A DNA stretch of 64,000 nucleotides from Bergeyella sp. GTDB lineage: Bacteria; Bacteroidota; Bacteroidia; Flavobacteriales; Weeksellaceae. The position numbers and the translations under genes were made by a program. The stretch is taken from contig JASGDB010000014.1 of the NCBI GenBank assembly GCA_049841315.1, positions 1,697 to 65,696 on the forward strand. The letters run 5' to 3'. Below are positions 56,715 to 64,000 of this stretch, piece after piece. Under the pieces are notes generated by a model. That model had not been told where the DNA came from. It did not search any database and was given only the letters and a program-made list of their open reading frames with translations. Positions within the stretch are counted from its first letter, which is position 1. Each line of letters opens with the position of its first letter.

Positions 56715-57986
56715 ATGTTACAAGTTAATTTTTTACGCGAAAACAAAGAGCGCGTTCTTGAAGGTTTAAAGAAAAGAAATTTCGGCAGTCCGGAGCTTGT
56801 GGAACAAGCGATTGCTTTGGATGAACAGAGAAAAAAAATCCAGTTCGATTTGGATGAAAATCTGGCGCAGATGAACAAAATCTCGAAAGAAATCGGGATG
56901 CTGATGAAAGAAGGCAAAAAAGACGAAGCCGAAACCGCAAAAACCAGAACGGCAGAATATAAAGAAAATTCCCAAACGCTTCAGCAGAATCTGAAAGAAG
57001 TGGAAGACCGGCTTTTGCAGGTTTTGTATCTCATTCCTAACATTCCTTATGAAAAGGTAAAAGCAGGCGTTTCTGCAGAGGATAATGAAATTGTATTCCA
57101 GTCTCATGATGTTCAGGGATTGGGCGAAGGCAATATTCCGCACTGGGAACTTGCGAAAAAATACAATCTCATCGATTTTGAACTCGGCGTGAAAATCGCA
57201 GGTGCAGGCTTCCCCGTTTATCTTGGAAAAGGTGCGAGATTGCAAAGAGCTTTAGTGCAATATTTTTTAGATAAAAACACGGATGCCGGCTATCTGGAAG
57301 TGAATCCGCCGCACGTGGTGAACGAAGCATCGGGATACGGAACAGGACAGCTTCCCGATAAAGAAGGACAGATGTATTACATCGGAGAAGACGATTTGTA
57401 CCTGATTCCTACGGCAGAAGTTCCGGTAACGAATATTTACCGTGATGTGATTCTGGATGAAAGAGAACTTCCGGTAATGAACACGGCGTTTTCACAATGC
57501 TACAGGAGAGAAGCGGGAAGCTACGGCGCACACGTTCGCGGTCTGAACCGACTTCACCAGTTTGAAAAAGTGGAAATCGTAAGGATAGAAAAACCGGAAA
57601 ATTCATACACTGCTTTAGAAGAAATGGTGGAACACGTGAAAAGTATTCTTGTCGACCTTGAACTTCCGTTCAGAATCCTCAGATTATGCGGTGGCGATAT
57701 GGGCTTTACTTCTGCGATGACCTACGATTTTGAAGTATGGAGTGCGGCGCAGGAAAAATGGCTGGAAGTATCTTCCGTTTCCAATTTTGAAACCTTTCAG
57801 GCAAACCGTTTGAAATGCCGTTTCAAAGGCGGAGAAGGCAAAGCACAGCTGGTTCACACCCTGAACGGTTCCGCAATGGCACTGCCCCGAATTATGGCTG
57901 CCTTATTAGAAAACAACCAAACTCCGGAGGGGATTAAACTTCCTAAGAAAATTGCGGAATATGCGAGGTTTGAGGTGATTTGCTGA
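56715..57986 (+). CDS. serS: Serine--tRNA ligase
   Basis: 423 aa. N-terminal coiled-coil arm, then a class II core (YRREAGSYG..., GLNRLHQFEKVE, TLNGSAMALPR). Confidence 0.93.
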   Translation: MLQVNFLRENKERVLEGLKKRNFGSPELVEQAIALDEQRKKIQFDLDENLAQMNKISKEIGMLMKEGKKDEAETAKTRTAEYKENSQTLQQNLKEVEDRLLQVLYLIPNIPYEKVKAGVSAEDNEIVFQSHDVQGLGEGNIPHWELAKKYNLIDFELGVKIAGAGFPVYLGKGARLQRALVQYFLDKNTDAGYLEVNPPHVVNEASGYGTGQLPDKEGQMYYIGEDDLYLIPTAEVPVTNIYRDVILDERELPVMNTAFSQCYRREAGSYGAHVRGLNRLHQFEKVEIVRIEKPENSYTALEEMVEHVKSILVDLELPFRILRLCGGDMGFTSAMTYDFEVWSAAQEKWLEVSSVSNFETFQANRLKCRFKGGEGKAQLVHTLNGSAMALPRIMAALLENNQTPEGIKLPKKIAEYARFEVIC

Positions 57987-58007
57987 TTTGAGAAACATGA
58001 CAAAAAA

Positions 58008-58036
58008 CCGCAAAAATATTGCGGAAATTTTTTATT
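58008..58036 (+). terminator. Probable rho-independent terminator of serS
   Basis: The hairpin is ccgca-aaaatat-tgcgg (58008-58024), followed by aaatttttta. It is nearly identical to the lon terminator hairpin at 41750-41766. Confidence 0.5.
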
Positions 58037-58190
58037 CTATAAACCAAATCGTTCGTTGTTTTTCAATGATGTTTTTATCTATGGAAATTTCAAATTCCTT
58101 AGAAAAAGCGTCGTAAAATTTAACTTTTGCTTTTCTTTTTTCTCCTTTTTTGAAGTATGGATAAGCGGAAATTAAATTTTGGCTAAAGCC
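58032..58190 (-). pseudogene. Possible C-terminal gene remnant truncated by the GGCTAAAGCC repeat
   Basis: My minus-strand translation is (stop)QKGFSQNLISAYPYFKKGEKRKAKVKFYDAFSKEFEISIDKNIIEKQRTIWFIE-stop. It is protein-like, has no start codon, and its upstream end runs into the repeat unit at 58181-58202. The family was not recognised. Confidence 0.3.
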
Positions 58191-58273
58191 TTTTTGCTAT
58201 TGCCTCTTTTATAAATGGGCTAAAGCCCATTCCTATTGATGTTTTACCAATATCAATTATATGCCTAATTCAA
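58181..58273. repeat. Two direct ~22-bp units (GGCTAAAGCC...CTATTG) plus an 18-mer shared with 7838-7855
   Basis: The units are ggctaaagcctttttgctattg (58181-58202) and gggctaaagcccattcctattg (58217-58238). attatatgcctaattcaa (58256-58273) is identical to 7838-7855. Confidence 0.7.
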
Positions 58274-58307
58274 TTATCTTTTTTCAAAGGTATAACATTT
58301 CCACCTG

Positions 58308-58357
58308 AAAAATAAAACAACAATCTCCGAAAGAAAAATCTTCGGAGATTGTTGTTT
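58308..58357 (-). terminator. Strong rho-independent terminator of gdhA
   Basis: It has a 17-bp perfect stem, aaacaacaatctccgaa (58315-58331) paired with ttcggagattgttgttt (58341-58357). On the minus strand a T-rich tract follows. It lies 26 nt past the gdhA stop. Confidence 0.85.
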
Positions 58358-58382
58358 AGAATTTATATTATTTCAATTCAGC

Positions 58383-59741
58383 TTACACCACGCCCTGTGC
58401 GAGCATTGCTTCGGCAACTTTCACGAAACCTGCGATATTCGCTCCTTTTACATAATTCACATAGCCGTCTTCTTCCTTTCCGTAATCACGGCAGGCTTTG
58501 TGAATACCAATCATGATTTCTTTCAGCCTGGCATCTACTTCTTCGGAAGTCCAGTTCAGGCGGATGGAGTTCTGCGTCATTTCCAAACCGGAAGTGGCAA
58601 CACCACCTGCGTTGGATGCTTTCCCCGGAGAGAACAGCACCTTATTGTCAAGGAAATAATTAATCGCATCAAGCGTAGAAGGCATATTCGCCGCTTCTGT
58701 AACGCAGATAACGCCGTTTTCCACCAATTTCTGGGCATCTTCAAGGAGAAGTTCGTTCTGAGTTGCACATGGGAATGCCACGTCGCACTTCACTTCCCAT
58801 GGGCGTTTTCCTGCGTGGAATTCTGCGGAAGGGAATTTCTTCACGTAGTCTTCAGCTCTGTTGTTTCCGGAAGCACGAAGCTCAAGCATATAATCGATTT
58901 TTTCTCCCGTGATTCCGTCTTTGTCATATACATAGCCGTCCGGCCCGGAGATGGTTACTACTTTTCCTCCCAACTGGTCGAATTTCTGAACCACGCCCCA
59001 TGCCACATTTCCGAAACCGGAAACAGTTGCGGTTTTTCCTTTAATGTCCTGACCGATGGTTTTCAGCATCTGCTCAGCGAAATATACCACTCCGTATCCC
59101 GTAGCTTCAGGACGGATAAGCGAACCTCCGTAAGCAAGACCTTTTCCGGTCAAAACTCCGGTAAATTCATTTCTGATTTTTTTATACTGTCCGAACAAAT
59201 ATCCGATTTCTCTTGCTCCTACGCCGATATCTCCGGCAGGAACGTCGGTTTCAGGGCCGATATGTTTGCAGAGTTCCGTCATAAATGCCTGGCAGAAACG
59301 CATGACTTCCATATCCGATTTTCCCTGCGGGTCGAAGTCTGAACCTCCTTTTCCGCCGCCCATTGGAAGCGTGGTAAGAGAGTTTTTGAATACCTGCTCG
59401 AAAGCGAGGAACTTCAGTACGGAAAGATTCACGGTCGGATGAAAACGGATACCGCCTTTGTAAGGGCCGATTGCGGAGTTCATCTGGATACGGAAACCTC
59501 TGTTTACCTGAATTTCACCTTTGTCGTCCACCCACGGCACTCTGAAGATGATGATTCTTTCTGCTTCTGCCATTCTTTCCAGAAGTTTCATTCCGTTGTA
59601 TTCTTTTCTGGTTGCGATGAAAGGGATTACCGTTGTGGCCACCTCCTTTACAGCCTGCAAAAACTCAGGCTCATTAGGGTTTTTTGCTTCAATATTAGCA
59701 ATGAATTCCTGGATTTTTTGTTCTACATTGTAGTGTTCCAT
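58383..59741 (-). CDS. gdhA: NADP-specific glutamate dehydrogenase
   Basis: 452 aa. LPMGGGKGGSDFDP, and the GFGNVAWG Rossmann motif. Confidence 0.93.
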   Translation of the reverse strand: MEHYNVEQKIQEFIANIEAKNPNEPEFLQAVKEVATTVIPFIATRKEYNGMKLLERMAEAERIIIFRVPWVDDKGEIQVNRGFRIQMNSAIGPYKGGIRFHPTVNLSVLKFLAFEQVFKNSLTTLPMGGGKGGSDFDPQGKSDMEVMRFCQAFMTELCKHIGPETDVPAGDIGVGAREIGYLFGQYKKIRNEFTGVLTGKGLAYGGSLIRPEATGYGVVYFAEQMLKTIGQDIKGKTATVSGFGNVAWGVVQKFDQLGGKVVTISGPDGYVYDKDGITGEKIDYMLELRASGNNRAEDYVKKFPSAEFHAGKRPWEVKCDVAFPCATQNELLLEDAQKLVENGVICVTEAANMPSTLDAINYFLDNKVLFSPGKASNAGGVATSGLEMTQNSIRLNWTSEEVDARLKEIMIGIHKACRDYGKEEDGYVNYVKGANIAGFVKVAEAMLAQGVV

Positions 59742-60016
59742 ATTGATTAAGTGAGAAATGTTGTCAACAAATTTAATTTTTTTTTCAAAATTTGCAAATA
59801 ATTATTTGTGTTTTATTGAAAATTTAGCAAAATGCATTGGAATTTTTAATTAATCAAATAAAATTCAAAAATAATTGTTAAAAATAAAATGTTTTCAAAA
59901 AAACAATACCGTTAATGAAAATGTTAAAAACTCATAAAACCGAGAAACGCTGTCCGGAAAGTGTTTTAATCCGCACCGAAAGCTCCGGTTCGAGGATTTT
60001 CGGAAGGATTTTGTTT

Positions 60017-60766
60017 TCAATTTTGATGTCCCAACAATTCTCTGATTTGATAAAAAAACCGCTCCATCAATCTCAAATCTTCGGTTACGATTTCGGCATT
60101 TCCTTTGAGTTCTTTATCGAAAGGAAGCTGTTTGTTGTATGAAGTTTTCAAATTTTTCGGAAGAATGACTTCAATGTAATAATTTCCCTTTTCATCGGTT
60201 GTTAAAGAAATGTTTTTTACTTTTCCTTTGATGATTCCGAATTCCTGATAGCGGTAATTATCTAATTTTATCAATACTTTCTGACCTTGCTTGATTTTTC
60301 CGGAATTGGCTGCGGGAATCAGCATTATTCCTATCAAATTACCTTTACTTTTCGGGAAAACCGACATTATTACAGTTCCTGATTTTACCATTTGGTTTTC
60401 TGCTAAAAATTGCTGAAAACTGACAATGCCATCCATTGAAGATATAATTTTCTCTGATTGTTCATTCTGTAAGGATTTCAATGTCATCAAAATATCATTT
60501 TTCTTTACTTCCTGATGATTTTTCACAAATATTTTCTCAATTTTAGAATCATCTCCTAATAAAAATTTTTCCGGAGGATTTTGGGAAGTTACGATGATTG
60601 GAGCGGGGACAAATTCAGGGTATTTAATGAAATAGCTCATCAATAAAATCATCAAAAGTATAATAAAAATCACGGAATTTCCCCAACGAATCATCCAATG
60701 AGGAGGCGCTGTAAGAATATCCTGAACGCTTTCGCTTCGTAATTCTATTTCGTCTAATTTATCCAT
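60017..60766 (-). CDS. HlyD-family periplasmic adaptor, short form lacking the long coiled-coil hairpin
   Basis: 249 aa. N-terminal TM anchor (WGNSVIFIILLMILLMSYFI), then lipoyl/barrel-type segments (ILMTL..., GKIKQGQKVLIKLDNY, GKVKNISL). It lies downstream of the C39-ABC exporter gene. Confidence 0.7.
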   Translation of the reverse strand: MDKLDEIELRSESVQDILTAPPHWMIRWGNSVIFIILLMILLMSYFIKYPEFVPAPIIVTSQNPPEKFLLGDDSKIEKIFVKNHQEVKKNDILMTLKSLQNEQSEKIISSMDGIVSFQQFLAENQMVKSGTVIMSVFPKSKGNLIGIMLIPAANSGKIKQGQKVLIKLDNYRYQEFGIIKGKVKNISLTTDEKGNYYIEVILPKNLKTSYNKQLPFDKELKGNAEIVTEDLRLMERFFYQIRELLGHQN

Positions 60767-60814
60767 TTTTTTAATTTTGGTTTCTACCTTGTAAGGTTTG
60801 AACCTTGAGGTTTC

Positions 60815-63178
60815 TCAATTTCCCAATTCCAACTGGTTTTTCACCAATCGGTAATATTCTCCTTTTAATGCTGTCAGTTCCTGATGACTGCCTTCTTCCA
60901 CTACTTTTCCTTTGTCGAGAACGATAATTTTATCGGCGTTTTTCACCGTTGATAAGCGGTGTGCAATGACGATTGCGGTTTTGCCTTCAAAAAAATGTTC
61001 CAGATTTTCCATTATGATTTTTTCGTTGTTGGCATCGAGAGCAGAAGTGGCTTCATCAAAAAAAATGAATTCCGGAGATTTGTAAACGGCTCTTGCAATG
61101 AATAATCTTTGTTTTTGTCCGCCCGAAATTCCAACGCCTTCATTTCCGATTTTGGTGTTGTAACTCAACGGAAGACTTTCAATAAACTCTTTGATATTGG
61201 CGATTTCTACGGCATTTCTCAGTTTTGTTTTGTCCACATAATCCTCACCGACTGCAACATTATTGGCAATAGTATCATTAAAAATATAGCCTTCCTGCAT
61301 TACAACGCCGCAATGTTTTCTCCAAAAACTTGGGGAAATATTCTTTAGCCTCACCCCTAAATCTCCTCTCCAAAGGAGAGGGGACTTCGTGCGTTCCTGT
61401 AATTCCGCTGATTTTTTTTCTGTTTTCTTATTTTCAAAGTTTGTAACGTGCGAAGCCCTTTCTCCTTTGGAGAGAGGGTTTGGGAGAGAGGCTCCAAAAC
61501 CGATTTCTCCGGAATTTGGTTCATAAAATTTCATTAATAATTTCAAAAGCGTGGTTTTTCCGCTTCCGCTTGCTCCGACAATCGCAGTTGTTTTCCGGTA
61601 AGGAATTGTAAGATTCAGGTTTTCAAAAACATACTGGTCCGAACCAATGTAGCGGAATGAAACGTCTTTTACCAGAATATCCTGCTGCGGAATTTCATTG
61701 ATATATTGCTCGTTTTTATCTTCCTCGTCTTCTTTATCGTGAATTTCGCCTAATCTTTCGAGTGATATTTTCGCGTCCTGTGTTTGTTTTATAAAATCAA
61801 TGAGTTGCAAAAGCGGACTGTTTAATTGTCCGATAATGTATTGAATGGAAAGCATCATTCCAAGAGTGAGACTTCCGCTTAACACCAATTTAGCGGAAAG
61901 AAAACTCACGAAAATATCTTTCATCTGGTTGATGAAATTTCCGCCGACTGACTGCCATTGTTCCAAAGACAGCGATTTTATTCTTATTTTGAATAATCTG
62001 ACCTGCAAAAATTCCCAGTCCCAGCGTTTTTTCTTTTCGGCGTTGTGCATTTTTATTTCCTGCATTCCGTTCACCATTTCGATCACTTTGCTCTGTTCCT
62101 GCGAAACCTGTGAGAACCTTTTGTAGTCTAATTCTTTTCGCTTTTTCAGGAAAAAAGAAATCCAGCCGATGTACAAAACCGCTCCGAAAATATACACCCA
62201 AAACAGACGGTAATCATAAAAAAGCAGGACGATACTGAAAATAATGAGATTGATGAGGGAAAACAACGTGTTGAGCGAAGAAGTGGTTAAAAGCTGTTCA
62301 ATTCTGTGATGGTCATTGATTCTCTCCATAATATCTCCCGTCATTCTTGTATCGAAAAAGGAAATCGGCAGTTTCATCAATTTGATGAAGAAATCGGAAA
62401 TCAGGGAAATATTAATCCTTGCGGAAAGATGCAACAGAATCCAACTTCGTATGACTTCAATGCCCATTCTTCCGAGGAAAAGCATTACCTGCGCAATGAG
62501 AACCAAATAAATGAAATTCAAATCCTGATTCCGGATTCCGATATCTACAATGCTTTGAGTAAGGAACGGAAAAATAAGCGACAATAAACTCCCTGCCAAC
62601 AATCCGATGGCAAGTTGAAAAAACAGAGATTTATATTGAAATAAATATTTTGATAAAAATGAAAATTCCTCACCCCAGCCCTCTCCAAAGGAGAGGGAGC
62701 TAAATTCGTCTTCAAAAAACTTCGGGGTGGTTTCTAAAATCAGAGCGATTCCTTCTTCTGTGTTTTCATCGGCATTTTCTCCAATCCAGCTTTTAATGAA
62801 TTCTTCTTTGGAATATTCGATTAAGCCGTAACTTGGGTCGGAAACATAAATTTTATATCCTTTGTCATTCCGAGCTTGTCGAGGAATCTCAATTTTGTAA
62901 ACTACTACAAAATGCTGCTTGTTCCAATGTACAATGCACGGAAACGGAACTTCCTCACACAACGTTTTGAAATCAATCTGAACACCCAATGAACGAAACC
63001 CTAAATTTTCTGCGGCATCGCTTAATCCCAACAAACTGCTTCCTTCTCTTGTGGTTTCTGAAAGATTGCGGATTTTTTGTAATGGTATGGTTTTGCCGTA
63101 GAATTTGGAAATAATTCTAAGGCAGGTTGGGTCGCAGTCTTTGAAGTCGGGTTGTATGTAGAAAGGGAAGTTTTTCAT
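60815..63178 (-). CDS. Peptidase C39 domain-containing ABC exporter (bacteriocin/peptide processing and export type) carrying three in-frame repeat-element insertions
   Basis: 787 aa. The C39 domain has KDCDPTCLRII.. (Cys) and HFVVVYK (His). It has six TM helices. In the NBD, Walker A is GASGSGKTT, the signature is ISGGQKQRLFIARA and Walker B is IFFDEATSALD. The reading frame is intact across all three repeat copies. Confidence 0.85.
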   Translation of the reverse strand: MKNFPFYIQPDFKDCDPTCLRIISKFYGKTIPLQKIRNLSETTREGSSLLGLSDAAENLGFRSLGVQIDFKTLCEEVPFPCIVHWNKQHFVVVYKIEIPRQARNDKGYKIYVSDPSYGLIEYSKEEFIKSWIGENADENTEEGIALILETTPKFFEDEFSSLSFGEGWGEEFSFLSKYLFQYKSLFFQLAIGLLAGSLLSLIFPFLTQSIVDIGIRNQDLNFIYLVLIAQVMLFLGRMGIEVIRSWILLHLSARINISLISDFFIKLMKLPISFFDTRMTGDIMERINDHHRIEQLLTTSSLNTLFSLINLIIFSIVLLFYDYRLFWVYIFGAVLYIGWISFFLKKRKELDYKRFSQVSQEQSKVIEMVNGMQEIKMHNAEKKKRWDWEFLQVRLFKIRIKSLSLEQWQSVGGNFINQMKDIFVSFLSAKLVLSGSLTLGMMLSIQYIIGQLNSPLLQLIDFIKQTQDAKISLERLGEIHDKEDEEDKNEQYINEIPQQDILVKDVSFRYIGSDQYVFENLNLTIPYRKTTAIVGASGSGKTTLLKLLMKFYEPNSGEIGFGASLPNPLSKGERASHVTNFENKKTEKKSAELQERTKSPLLWRGDLGVRLKNISPSFWRKHCGVVMQEGYIFNDTIANNVAVGEDYVDKTKLRNAVEIANIKEFIESLPLSYNTKIGNEGVGISGGQKQRLFIARAVYKSPEFIFFDEATSALDANNEKIIMENLEHFFEGKTAIVIAHRLSTVKNADKIIVLDKGKVVEEGSHQELTALKGEYYRLVKNQLELGN
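61348..61492. repeat. ~145-bp MITE-like element with ~38-bp terminal inverted repeats, inserted in-frame in the ABC nucleotide-binding domain
   Basis: The left end is gcctcacccctaaatctcctctccaaaggagaggggac. The reverse complement of the right end is gcctctctcccaaaccctctctccaaaggagaaagggc. Each arm contains the CTCTCCAAAGGAGAG palindrome. It is translated as GASLPNPLSKGERASHVTNFENKKTEKKSAELQERTKSPLLWRGDLGVR, between SGEI.. and ..LKNISP. Confidence 0.8.
62668..62700. repeat. Solo terminus of the same CCTCACCCC...CTCTCCAAAGGAGAGGG family, in-frame in the linker after the C39 domain
   Basis: The sequence is cctcaccccagccctctccaaaggagagggagc. It is translated as SSLSFGEGWGEE, a different frame from the copies in the NBD. 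Confidence 0.75.
62863..62890. repeat. TGTCATTCCG...AGGAATCT-family repeat, in-frame inside the C39 peptidase domain
   Basis: The sequence is tgtcattccgagcttgtcgaggaatctc. It is translated as EIPRQARNDK, between the catalytic-His strand HFVVVYKI and YKIYVSDP. Its termini match the intergenic copies at 24704-24770. Confidence 0.75.
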
Positions 63179-63206
63179 TTATTTTTTACGCAATGTAAAT
63201 GTGCTG

Positions 63207-63319
63207 TTTGTCATTGCGAGCGAAACGAAGTGAAGTGAAGCAATCTGTTGAACGAATCCCGAATTGCTTTTTAACACGGGATTGCTTCCTGCTTCGTTCC
63301 TCGCAGTCGCAATGACAAA
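63207..63319. repeat. ~113-bp composite palindromic element (TGTCATTGCGAGCGAA...GAAGCAATC arms with an inner hairpin)
   Basis: The left arm is tttgtcattgcgagcgaaacgaagtgaagtgaagcaatc (63207-63245). The right arm is gattgcttcctgcttcgttcctcgcagtcgcaatgacaaa (63280-63319). The inner hairpin is aatcccg/cgggatt. It fills the gap between the thioredoxin-fold gene and the ABC exporter gene. Confidence 0.8.
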
Positions 63320-63328
63320 AATCCTGCT

Positions 63329-64000
63329 TTATTTTTTCACGAAATCATCATCTTCCAGCAAATCATCAATGAAATAGAAAATATCTTCACGGTCGTACTT
63401 ATCGGGAAACGGATAGCCATTGATTAAAAACATCGGCGTAAATGTGAATCCTGATTCTTTGTTTTCTTCTGCTGTTTTGATGATTTCGGATAAATCGGGT
63501 TCTTCAAAATCGGGATTGTATTTCCCTCTTAATTTTTTTTCATCTCTGTTTTCAAACCAAAAATCAATGGCTTCGAGGAATTTATCGGGATTTTCCTGCG
63601 TGTAAATATTGAAAAAATCCGAGATTAGATTTTTTTGTGTTTTATCAGTATTTTTCTCAAAATAATTAAACCGGATTTGTGCAGAAATACCTTCGGGATA
63701 TTTTTTAAGCAATTTTTCTAAAATTTTGTGAGCATCTTTGCAATAACCACAATACGGATTGGAAACCAATGATATATGCAATTTTGCATCAGAATTTCCC
63801 AATCGGAAAATTTCGCTTTGTTGGAAATTCATTTTTGGTTGTTCCAATAATTCTCGTTTAAACAAATCGTAATTCCTTTTGAATTTCAGATTTTTGATGT
63901 CAGATTTTCGGTATTTTTCTTTTTGCTCGATTTCGTTATTGATGAAAACCAATCCGAAAAAGCACATAAGAAATGTGAAAAATGATAAAATTGTTGCTTT
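63329..64000 (-). CDS. Thioredoxin-fold (DsbA-like, CxxC) protein, C-terminal part; the ORF continues past the right edge (possibly a VKOR-thioredoxin fusion)
   Basis: The track ORF starts at an internal Met (63967), but the frame stays open to position 64000 (..KATILSFFTFLMCFFGLVFI, a TM helix). The redox motif is NPYCGYCKDAH. Its location next to a C39-ABC exporter supports the call. Confidence 0.55.
   Translation of the reverse strand, partial: KATILSFFTFLMCFFGLVFINNEIEQKEKYRKSDIKNLKFKRNYDLFKRELLEQPKMNFQQSEIFRLGNSDAKLHISLVSNPYCGYCKDAHKILEKLLKKYPEGISAQIRFNYFEKNTDKTQKNLISDFFNIYTQENPDKFLEAIDFWFENRDEKKLRGKYNPDFEEPDLSEIIKTAEENKESGFTFTPMFLINGYPFPDKYDREDIFYFIDDLLEDDDFVKK

Noticed and set aside
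58500-59342. 280-aa plus-strand ORF opposite gdhA
   Set aside because: It is antisense to an unambiguous glutamate dehydrogenase gene. Long antisense ORFs are common opposite highly expressed, codon-biased genes.
59915-60142. 75-aa plus-strand ORF near the exporter locus, considered as a possible bacteriocin precursor
   Set aside because: It is on the strand opposite the export genes and overlaps the 3' end of the HlyD-like gene by 126 nt. It has no double-glycine leader motif and is rich in basic and aromatic residues.
1-64000. Search for integrase, transposase, IS termini, phage or conjugation genes that could explain the cassettes
   Set aside because: None of the ORF translations shows tyrosine/serine recombinase, DDE/HUH transposase, relaxase or phage structural motifs. 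The cassettes therefore cannot be assigned to any conventional mobile element within this window.

Overview
This is a 64-kb chromosomal segment from a low-GC member of the Bacteroidota. It is most likely Flavobacteriales (Chryseobacterium/Weeksellaceae-like). The supporting evidence is several proteins ending in type IX secretion (T9SS) C-terminal sorting domains, TAnnTTTG -7 promoter boxes, A-rich leaders without Shine-Dalgarno sequences, and typical flavobacterial intergenic palindromic repeats.

The backbone is housekeeping: rmuC (partial), pncB, dps, lpxB, methylmalonyl-CoA mutase plus meaB, queE, folD, pgi, lon, a PpiD/SurA-like PPIase, Mla-type lipid transport genes, a two-gene Fe-S oxidoreductase, serS and gdhA. 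Interspersed with these are:
- surface and T9SS proteins;
- a TPP riboswitch in front of a TonB-dependent receptor;
- a small glycan-modification cluster (methyltransferase, GT4, AsnB-like protein, flippase);
- the distal part of a bacteriocin-type export locus (thioredoxin-fold protein, C39-peptidase ABC exporter, HlyD-like adaptor).

I found no rRNA, tRNA, CRISPR array, IS element, transposase or integrase.

Two things stand out.
1. Four small accessory cassettes sit immediately upstream of a housekeeping gene: a YoeB TA module, a PIN TA module, a DUF4143-type ATPase, and an AlbA_2/Schlafen-like ATPase that lies next to a RelE TA module. Each is bracketed by a direct repeat that duplicates the 5' end (leader plus first codons) of that gene. 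The upstream copy is left as a dead remnant. No recombinase is in sight.
2. At least eight families of short palindromic repeats populate the intergenic regions. Three copies are translated in-frame inside the C39-ABC exporter gene. One is a roughly 145-bp element with terminal inverted repeats in the nucleotide-binding domain.

All calls come from reading the sequence and ORF translations by eye. No database search or composition statistics were run.
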